This document shows positions 38,118-45,349 of a stretch of 64,000 bases of DNA, one piece after another. The translations under genes were made by a program, and so were the position numbers. Numbering within the stretch: the stretch's first letter is position 1; every line of letters begins with the position of its first letter. Below the pieces are notes generated by a model. That model made no database searches. It saw only the letters and a program-made list of their open reading frames with translations, and was not told the origin of the DNA. Source of the stretch: Vicinamibacterales bacterium (GTDB lineage Bacteria; Acidobacteriota; Vicinamibacteria; Vicinamibacterales; JAKQTR01); NCBI GenBank assembly GCA_025456345.1, contig JALOKU010000001.1, positions 248,529 through 312,528 of the forward strand, written 5' to 3'.

Positions 38118-40286
38118 ATGATCGGGCTCCTGCTCGACGCGGCCGGCCGCATCGGCGCGGGCCCGGCCGAGACCGAGGACGACCGCGTCCGCCGCCTCAT
38201 CTGGTCTGCCACGCTGATATGCGCGGCGCCGCTGTCGGCCCTCATGGCCGTCGCCTTCGCCGTGCTCGGCCTTCGTCTGGCGGCGGCGGTCTGGGCTATC
38301 GGCGCGGCATTCTGGCTGGCGGAATTGCTGCTCTTTCACCTGCTCCGCCGCGGCCTGAACGGGTTCGCCCTGGCCAGCCAACTCGCGTGCGTCGTGTTTG
38401 CGTTTGTCGGTTCGATCAGCCTGGGCGGGCCCCTCTCCTCCGGCGGCCTCATCCTCATGGGGCTCATCGGTCCGTTCTACGCCCTGGTGTTTCCCCGGCC
38501 ACGCCGTGCGGCCTGGCTCCTCGTCGCCTGCGTCGTGTCGGTCGCCGCCAGCGTCGCGCTCGCCGGGATGCTCCCATGGGCTCAGGTGCTGCCTCCCGTC
38601 GTCAATCTGGTGATGTTCGGGGCCACCCTCACCGTGGTGGCGATCTTCGTGTTCGTGACACTGCGTTTCTTTGTCCGCGAGCGCGACAGGGCGTTGGCTC
38701 TTCTCCGGGAAGCGCAGGATCGAATCTCGAGGCTTCTCGAGTCGTCACCGCGCGCGTCCGAGACCGTTCCCGAGTGGTCGAGATCTGTCGCGAAGGACAT
38801 CGGTGCCGCCATCGGGGCCGACGCGATCGGTATCTGGGAACTGGAGGGCGGGGGCCTGATCCCCGTGTCAAACCAGGATCTCCCGCCGCCTTCCGTCGAG
38901 GAACTCGCTGCGGCGCTCTCCGCGGCGGGCTCGCGATTCATCGAGAGGACTGACGGAGTGGCCGTGCCCCTGGCAGGCATGAGCGGCGAGCTATGCGGCG
39001 CCCTCGTGGTGCATGGCGCGGGGCTGGTCTGGGGCGAGAGCGAACGGCGCCTCCTCGCCGGGCTGGCCCATCAGCTTGGCGCGGCGCTCGACATGGGCCG
39101 GATGCGCCGGCAGCTCGACGTGGCCGAGCAGCGGCGCGCGAGCACGCGTCGCGAGATGCAGGCGCGCGGCATTGCGACGCTGCAGGTCTGCCGGTCCTGC
39201 GGCCGGTGCTACGACCACGTGGCGGCCCGCTGCGCGGCCGACGGGGCGACGCTCGAATCGCCCCGCACGCTGCCGTACCGCCTGCTCGATCGATACCGCT
39301 TCCTGCGGGTGCTCGGACAGGGCGGCATGGGCATGGTCCTCGCGGCGCATGACGAGAAGCTCGCGCGCGATGTCGCCGTCAAGCTCATCCGGGCGGAGCA
39401 CTTCAACGACCAGGGCATGAAAGAACGATTCGAGCGGGAGGCCCGCGCGGTGGCCCGCATCCAGCACCCGGGCGTGATCAACCTCCACGATTCCGGCGAA
39501 CTCGAAGACGGTACGGCGTTTCTCGTGATGGAGAAGCTCACCGGGTGCGATCTCGCCGCCGTGCTCAGGTCCGCCGGCCGTGGAACGCCCGCACAGGTGG
39601 CCGCCCTGATCCGTGAGGGGTGCGCGGCCCTCGGGGCCGCCCACCGGGCCGGCGTCGTGCATCGCGACGTGAAGCCGGAGAACATCTTTCTCGTCGAGAC
39701 TCCGGGCGGATTCCTGGTCAAAGTGCTCGATTTCGGCCTGGCGAAATCGATGACGATCGAGAAGGGGCTCACGCAAACGGGAATCATGGTCGGGACACCT
39801 CGCTACATGTCCCCCGAGCAGGTTCGCGGCGAGGACGTCGACGCGGGCACCGACATCTACTCGTTCGCGGCCGTCTGCCACGAGGCGCTCACGGGCCGGA
39901 CGGCGGTCTCGGGCGACGACCTCGCGCGGATCCTGATCAACGTCTGCACCGAAGTGGCGGCCGTCCCTTCGTCGATCGTTCCCGGGCTTCCGCTCGAACT
40001 GGACCAGGTGTTCGCATCGGCGCTCTCCAAGGACAGGGCTCGACGGCCCGGAGACATCGAGCGGTGGGGAGCTGCTGCCGCCCGGATCCTGGAACACCTT
40101 CTTCCGGATTCCGAGGCGGCAGGATGGCCGGCCACCGGGGAGCTCAGGCGCGCGGAGCGTCAACCGCCACCCGGTGAGGCGGATACGGTTGACACGGCCG
40201 CTGCATCGCCCGCCCTGCCTTCCAGCCCGGCCGAGACCACCGAGACCACCGGCGTCGACGCTGACCGGACCGGCCGTCGTCGATGA
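38118..40286 (+). CDS. Sensor Ser/Thr kinase: polytopic membrane N-terminus, GAF-like domain, Cys4 ribbon, C-terminal Hanks kinase
   Basis: ATG at 38118 (internal Met of ORF 37758..40286). Five or six TM helices in residues 25-185. GAF-like residues 215-330. CRSCGRCYDHVAARC (358-372). Kinase motifs GQGGMGMV, VAVKL, HRDVKPENI, DFGLAK, GTPRYMSPEQ. Confidence 0.85.
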   Translation: MIGLLLDAAGRIGAGPAETEDDRVRRLIWSATLICAAPLSALMAVAFAVLGLRLAAAVWAIGAAFWLAELLLFHLLRRGLNGFALASQLACVVFAFVGSISLGGPLSSGGLILMGLIGPFYALVFPRPRRAAWLLVACVVSVAASVALAGMLPWAQVLPPVVNLVMFGATLTVVAIFVFVTLRFFVRERDRALALLREAQDRISRLLESSPRASETVPEWSRSVAKDIGAAIGADAIGIWELEGGGLIPVSNQDLPPPSVEELAAALSAAGSRFIERTDGVAVPLAGMSGELCGALVVHGAGLVWGESERRLLAGLAHQLGAALDMGRMRRQLDVAEQRRASTRREMQARGIATLQVCRSCGRCYDHVAARCAADGATLESPRTLPYRLLDRYRFLRVLGQGGMGMVLAAHDEKLARDVAVKLIRAEHFNDQGMKERFEREARAVARIQHPGVINLHDSGELEDGTAFLVMEKLTGCDLAAVLRSAGRGTPAQVAALIREGCAALGAAHRAGVVHRDVKPENIFLVETPGGFLVKVLDFGLAKSMTIEKGLTQTGIMVGTPRYMSPEQVRGEDVDAGTDIYSFAAVCHEALTGRTAVSGDDLARILINVCTEVAAVPSSIVPGLPLELDQVFASALSKDRARRPGDIERWGAAAARILEHLLPDSEAAGWPATGELRRAERQPPPGEADTVDTAAASPALPSSPAETTETTGVDADRTGRRR

Positions 40287-41281
40287 ACCGGCGCGTGGCC
40301 GGCCGGGAGTGGTGCTGGTACTCCCGCCGCGCTCCGGCCGGATGCTATGATGACGGTCGGGTACACCACGTGAACGTCAGCCCCCGTCTCCGTCGCGGCG
40401 CGAGTGCCGTCGCTGCCGCCATCCTCGCGATCCTGATCGCCCTGACGCCGGTGTGGGCCGCCGACGGCCCCGGCGCCGTGGCCTACGCCGCGATGATGAA
40501 GGCCTGGCAGGCCGGCAAGCTCGACGACGCGATCAGGTCCGCCGACGCCGTGCTGAAGGCCGAGCCTGCCAACGTCGCCTTCCTGAACGCCATCGGCGGC
40601 CTCTACTGCGAGAAGGCGCAGAAGGCGAGCGTCTTCACGAAGCTCTCATGGGCCGGCAAGTGCCACAGCGTCTGGGAGCGCGCGCTCACGCTTGATCCGA
40701 AGAACGTCCAGACCCATACGAGCCTGATGCAGTACTACCTGCGGGCGCCCGGCATCGCGGGCGGCGGCACCGACAAGGCGAAGGCCGAAGCCGACCGGAT
40801 GGCGGCGCTCGACCCGGTAGCCGGCGAGATCAGCCGGGGCCACATCGCCCGGTCCGGGAAGCTGCCGGCCGAGGCCGAACGGCACTATCGGAAGGCCGTG
40901 GAGATCGACGCCACCGGCCGGCGCGGGCCCGTCGAACTCGCGTCGTTCTACGCGGGGGAGCAGCGCTGGAGCGACGCGCGCGGCGTCTTCGAGGCCCGGC
41001 TGACGAAGAACCCCGGCGACTCGTTCTCGGCATACATGCTCGCGCGGCTGATGCAAGCCCAGGGTGCGGATCTTCCGCGGGCCCTCGACCTGATCGATCG
41101 CTATCTGGCCTCGCCCGCGCTCGAAGGCGGCCCCACCCACGCCGACGCGTGGTTCCGGAAGGGGCAGGTGTTCGACAAGCTCGGCCGTCGTGCCGACGCG
41201 GTCGCCGCGCTGGAGACCGCGCTGAAGCTGGATCCCAGGCACGCGCTCGCGTCGCGCGAACTCCAGAAGCTCAAGGGCTGA
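40283..41281 (+). CDS. TPR-repeat protein with a hydrophobic N-terminal anchor or signal sequence
   Basis: ATG at 40283 overlaps the stop of the upstream kinase (ATGA). An alternative GTG start at 40370 lies directly before the hydrophobic segment AVAAAILAILIALTPVWAAD. The protein is TPR-like helical repeats throughout. Confidence 0.7.
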   Translation: MNRRVAGREWCWYSRRAPAGCYDDGRVHHVNVSPRLRRGASAVAAAILAILIALTPVWAADGPGAVAYAAMMKAWQAGKLDDAIRSADAVLKAEPANVAFLNAIGGLYCEKAQKASVFTKLSWAGKCHSVWERALTLDPKNVQTHTSLMQYYLRAPGIAGGGTDKAKAEADRMAALDPVAGEISRGHIARSGKLPAEAERHYRKAVEIDATGRRGPVELASFYAGEQRWSDARGVFEARLTKNPGDSFSAYMLARLMQAQGADLPRALDLIDRYLASPALEGGPTHADAWFRKGQVFDKLGRRADAVAALETALKLDPRHALASRELQKLKG

Positions 41282-41287
41282 CGCGCG

Positions 41288-44257
41288 ATGTCGTTGTCGA
41301 GCGACGACGAGCCGACCATGCTCCCGGCGCCGGGACCCGGCGCAGCCGATGCGGGGAGCGACGGTCCCCGCCTCGCCGGCGGGCAGATCATCGGCCCGTA
41401 CCGGATCGCAGGGCTCCTCGGCAGGGGAGGCATGGGGGAGGTCTACGACGCCGAGCACCTCGAGCACGGCCGCCGCGTGGCGCTCAAGGTGCTGAGCCAG
41501 CGGCTCGCAGGCGCCGACGACCGCGCGCGGTTCCTGCGCGAAGGCCAGCTGGCGGCTTCCCTCAATCATCCGAACACGGTCTTCGTCTTCGGCAGCGAGG
41601 AGATCAGCGGCAACCCCGTCATCGCGATGGAGCTGGTGGCGGGCGGGACGCTGAAAGACGTCGTTGACCGCGACGGGCCGATGGCGCCGCCGGCGGCGGT
41701 CGACGCGATCCTGCAGGTGGCGGCTGGCCTCGACGCCGCGCTGGCCTGCGGCGTCCTTCACCGGGACGTGAAGCCGTCGAACTGCTTCGTCGAGCCCGAT
41801 GGCACGGTGAAAGTCGGCGACTTCGGCCTGTCGATTCCGGTGCTCGCGCCCGACGTCACGCAGCCGGGCGAGATGGCCACGTTCCAGGGCACGCCCCAGT
41901 TTGCCGCGCCGGAGCAGCTGCGCGGCCAGCGGCTGGATGTCCGCGCCGACATCTATGCCGTCGGAGCCACGCTGCATTACCTGCTCACGGGCCGCCCGCC
42001 GTTCGAGGACCGCGATCTGATGGCGCTACTGACGAAAGTGGCCACCGAGCTGCCCGCACCGCCCAGCCGGCCGGGAACCGTCATCGCGCCGGGCCTGTCG
42101 GCGGTCGTCCTCCGGTGCCTCGCGAAGGACCCGGCCGCCAGGCCTTCGTCGTACGCCGAACTCGAGGTCAGCCTGCGCCCGTTCAGTTCGGCCGTGCCCG
42201 TGCCCGCGAGCCTCGGCCTGCGCGCCGTCGCCGGGTTGATCGACGCGCTGCTGCTGGGCGCCGTCACCGCGCCGCTCGCGATCGCGCCCGTGCTCGAGTT
42301 GGTCGGCGACAACAGCATCAACGCCTCGATTCGCTACTCGAGCCCCCGCGCCCTCGGCAGTCCGTTGTGGGTCACGCTGGCTGCCGGCGCGCTCATCGTC
42401 CTGTACTACGGCCTGCTGGAAGGGCGGTGGGCGAGGTCGCTCGGCAAACGGGTGTGTGGTCTCGAGGTCGTTGCGACAGGGGGCGGACCTGCCGGGTTCC
42501 GCCGAGCGATGCTGCGCGTGCTGGTGTTCGTGCTGCCGTACTGGATCGTGACCGTGCCCAAGGTGGTCGCGGCCGTGGCCGGCGCAACCGGAGGGCGCTC
42601 CTCGACAGGCTGGTGGGGGGAGGCGCTCTACTGGGGCGGCGACCTGCTGCTGCTGCTCATGTTCTCGTCCATGCGCCGGAGCAACGGGTTTGCCGCGTGG
42701 CACGACCTCGCGTCCGGGACCCGCGTGACCGCGACGGCCCGGCGGAAGGGCCGGGAGGCGATTGACGCGCCCGCGGCGGCCGTTCCGGCCGGCTCGGATG
42801 CGTCATCGCGGGATGCTGTCGGACCCTACTCCGTCATCGGGGCGGTCGGCCCGACGACGGGCGGCGGCGTCGTGCTCCTCGGTTTCGACGGCGCGCTCAA
42901 ACGGCATGTGTGGATTCACTGGCTGCCTCCCGGCGAGCCCGCCGTCGGCGCGGTCCGTGCGCGCCTGGGCCGCGCGGGCCGCCTGCGCTGGGTCAACGGC
43001 CGGCGCTCCGGCGATGAGGCGTGGGACGCCTACGAGGCCCCGGACGGGGCGCCGCTCCTGGAGGTGTGCGCCGCCGCGCAGCCGTGGAGCGTCGTGCAGC
43101 ATTGGATGGCGGACCTTGCGCGGGAGCTGGAGGCGGCGTCGGTGGACGGGTCGACGCCCGTGCTGGCGCTCGATCGAGTCTGGATCACGCGAAGCAGCGG
43201 GGCGCGCCTGTTCGACTTTCCGGCACCGGGACTCGGTGCCGTGACAGATTCCGGATCCGGTGAAGCGGTGGCGGACGCGCAGCACTTCCTCGCTCGCGTG
43301 GCGGCGCATGCCCTCGGTGCCGGACCACAGGCGGCGCCGGCGCGCGCGCTGCCGCACGGACCGCTGCCGCGCCTGGCGCAGCACACGCTCGCCACGCTGG
43401 AGCGGAGCGGATTCCCGTCGGGAACTGCTGTCGCGGAGCGGGCGGCCGCGTTGACGCAGGGCCCCGACCGCGTGACCCGCGCACGCCGCGCGGCGTCGAT
43501 CCTGCTCGCCAATGTCCCCCTGTTCTTCGCCCTGCTTGCGCTGTCGATCGGGCTGCCCACTGCCGTCCGTCTGCTGGAGACCCAGTTCCTGGAGATGAGC
43601 AGGGCCTTGGTGGAGATACGGACACTCGACGGAAAGACGGACCAGGAGTCCGTGACGGCGCGAGAGGCGCTGGAACTGTACGCTGCGGACCGCTTCCGCG
43701 CGAAACTCGCCGATGAGACAACGTGGCATGACCCGCGTTCCGCCGGCCTGCTGACGCCGCTGAGGCCGATCGCCGTCCGCATCCTGGCCGGCACGTCCTC
43801 CCCGTCGGACGAAGAACGCCGCGCCGCGCATGCCGCCGCCGCCGCTCGCCTCGGGAACCCGGTCTCTATCAGGAGACAGGCAGTCAGCATCGCCACCCTT
43901 CTGCCGGCCATCGTCCTGCTGGTGTCGGCGATCGTCGCGGTGCTTTCGGCACTGCTGTTCAGGGGCGGCCTGCTGCTGAGGTCGCTCGGCGTTGCCGTCG
44001 TCTCTCCGCGCGGGTCGGACGCCTCGCGGGTCAGGGCGGCGTGGCGCGCGATCGTGGCCTGGAGCCCGGTCCTGCTGCTCTGGCTCTACCTGTTGGCGTG
44101 GTCGGCGGCTGGCGGCGAGGTGTTCGACGCGTTCTCGAACTGGTGGGTGCCAGCTGCGGCGGCCGCCGTCGCGATCCTTGGCAGCGCGTGGGCGATCCTC
44201 CACCCGTCGAGCGGCGCCGCGGAGCGCCTGACGGGCACCTGCCTGGTTCCGCGCTAG
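41288..44257 (+). CDS. Ser/Thr kinase fused to RDD domain, kinase-like degenerate domain and second RDD-like membrane domain
   Basis: 989 aa, starting 6 nt after the TPR gene. Kinase motifs GRGGMGEVY, VALKVL, HRDVKPSNC, DFGLS, GTPQFAAPEQ. RDD domain 1 (residues ~308-482): LRAVAGLIDALLLG, SLGKRVCGLEVV, WHDLASGTRV. A degenerate kinase-like block spans ~510-650. A C-terminal RDD-like block spans ~905-989. Confidence 0.85.
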   Translation: MSLSSDDEPTMLPAPGPGAADAGSDGPRLAGGQIIGPYRIAGLLGRGGMGEVYDAEHLEHGRRVALKVLSQRLAGADDRARFLREGQLAASLNHPNTVFVFGSEEISGNPVIAMELVAGGTLKDVVDRDGPMAPPAAVDAILQVAAGLDAALACGVLHRDVKPSNCFVEPDGTVKVGDFGLSIPVLAPDVTQPGEMATFQGTPQFAAPEQLRGQRLDVRADIYAVGATLHYLLTGRPPFEDRDLMALLTKVATELPAPPSRPGTVIAPGLSAVVLRCLAKDPAARPSSYAELEVSLRPFSSAVPVPASLGLRAVAGLIDALLLGAVTAPLAIAPVLELVGDNSINASIRYSSPRALGSPLWVTLAAGALIVLYYGLLEGRWARSLGKRVCGLEVVATGGGPAGFRRAMLRVLVFVLPYWIVTVPKVVAAVAGATGGRSSTGWWGEALYWGGDLLLLLMFSSMRRSNGFAAWHDLASGTRVTATARRKGREAIDAPAAAVPAGSDASSRDAVGPYSVIGAVGPTTGGGVVLLGFDGALKRHVWIHWLPPGEPAVGAVRARLGRAGRLRWVNGRRSGDEAWDAYEAPDGAPLLEVCAAAQPWSVVQHWMADLARELEAASVDGSTPVLALDRVWITRSSGARLFDFPAPGLGAVTDSGSGEAVADAQHFLARVAAHALGAGPQAAPARALPHGPLPRLAQHTLATLERSGFPSGTAVAERAAALTQGPDRVTRARRAASILLANVPLFFALLALSIGLPTAVRLLETQFLEMSRALVEIRTLDGKTDQESVTAREALELYAADRFRAKLADETTWHDPRSAGLLTPLRPIAVRILAGTSSPSDEERRAAHAAAAARLGNPVSIRRQAVSIATLLPAIVLLVSAIVAVLSALLFRGGLLLRSLGVAVVSPRGSDASRVRAAWRAIVAWSPVLLLWLYLLAWSAAGGEVFDAFSNWWVPAAAAAVAILGSAWAILHPSSGAAERLTGTCLVPR

Positions 44258-44476
44258 GCCGCGTCCTCCGTCCGCGCCGCCCTCGATTGCATTTTCTGCA
44301 CGCTCATCGCATCGGACCGCCGCAGAAATCGCCACATGCCTGCCAGGCGAGCGTTTCGGTTCCCTCAAGTCGTTGTCCCGACACGAGATGCGGAGAAGGG
44401 ATTCGTCCGTCCGTTGGCGTGCTGATTGCTCACGCCACGCCAGAGGGGCAGGCAGGGCCCGTTGGGAGGGATTGGC

Positions 44477-44845
44477 ATGTTGCATCAGGCAGCCGTTCTT
44501 GTATACGATGATTATCGTATGAGCAAGCAGGCGATTTCCGTCACGTTGTCGCCGGACAACCTGGTCTGGCTGCGGGGGCGTGCACTGGCTGACGGCAGGG
44601 TCAGCCTCAGTGAGTTCCTCGACAGGCTCGTCACGCGGGCGCGGACCGGCGGGGCGCCGGCGCGTCCGGCGAGGTCGATGAGGGGCGCCCTTGCGGTGAA
44701 CGCCGACGAGGACGTCGTTGCGACGCCGTCGGTCGAACCCGACGTGTGGGCAGCCTGGGAGGCGAAGTGGGAGGGGCTGCTCGAGGGCCTCGACCCTTCA
44801 TCGCCGACGCCCAGGCGGGGAGGCGCACGTGGCCAGGGTGCCTGA
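44477..44845 (+). CDS. vapB: Ribbon-helix-helix (CopG/VapB-like) antitoxin
   Basis: ATG at 44477 has a GGAGG RBS 7 nt upstream. The alternative ATG at 44519 gives MSKQAISVTLSPDNLVWLRGRA..., a typical RHH N-terminal strand plus helix. The stop overlaps the start region of the PIN gene. Confidence 0.6.
   Translation: MLHQAAVLVYDDYRMSKQAISVTLSPDNLVWLRGRALADGRVSLSEFLDRLVTRARTGGAPARPARSMRGALAVNADEDVVATPSVEPDVWAAWEAKWEGLLEGLDPSSPTPRRGGARGQGA
44503..44520. promoter_or_regulatory. 7-bp perfect inverted repeat ATACGAT-gatt-ATCGTAT at the 5' end of the antitoxin gene
   Basis: 44503-44509 and 44514-44520. It overlaps the ATG at 44519. It could be an autoregulatory operator if the gene starts at 44519, but it is intragenic if the gene starts at 44477. 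Confidence 0.3.
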
Positions 44846-45239
44846 CGCCGCGGTCTGCGACACCAACGCGCTGCTTTACTACGGCTTCGGCAGCCGGCGG
44901 CTGGGCAAGGTCGCTGCGGCGCTCTTCGACGCCTGCGACGCGCAGGACACGATCATCTACGTGCCGGCCGCCGTCATCCTGGAGTTCGGCCTCGTGCTTG
45001 GCGGCCGGCGTTCTCCGGTCCGGGTCCGCCTGCGCGGCTTCTTTGAGGACCTCTTCGCGAACCCGGCATTCCAGCCGTTCGATCTCACGCCGGAACAGGT
45101 CTATCTGGCGGACGAGGAGCGGCCCAATAACGACCCGTTCGATGGGTTGATCTGCGCGGCGGCGCGGCGCCTCGGCCTGCCGCTCATCACCTGCGACACT
45201 GACATCGCCGACTGGGGACGCGTCCGCGTCGTCTGGTAG
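44838..45239 (+). CDS. vapC: PIN-domain toxin (VapC-like ribonuclease)
   Basis: GTG at 44838 (or 44829) overlaps the antitoxin stop at 44843-44845. VCDTNALLYY carries the first PIN acidic residue. EFGLVL, NDPFDGLICAAA and ITCDTD match the remaining acidic positions. Confidence 0.75.
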   Translation: MPDAAVCDTNALLYYGFGSRRLGKVAAALFDACDAQDTIIYVPAAVILEFGLVLGGRRSPVRVRLRGFFEDLFANPAFQPFDLTPEQVYLADEERPNNDPFDGLICAAARRLGLPLITCDTDIADWGRVRVVW

Positions 45240-45251
45240 GCGACCCGGCCC

Positions 45252-45272
45252 CCGGCGTCCGGCGTCCGGCGT
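45252..45272. repeat. Three perfect tandem heptads CCGGCGT
   Basis: CCGGCGT CCGGCGT CCGGCGT, starting 13 nt after the vapC stop. A 6-bp hairpin follows: TACGGC tcctat GCCGTA (45283-45300). Confidence 0.85.
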
Positions 45273-45349
45273 TCCTCCGCCATACGGCTCCTATGCCGTA
45301 GCAATCCTCCTGCATCCGCACTAGAATCGGCCGGGCGCCGCGAGCATCC

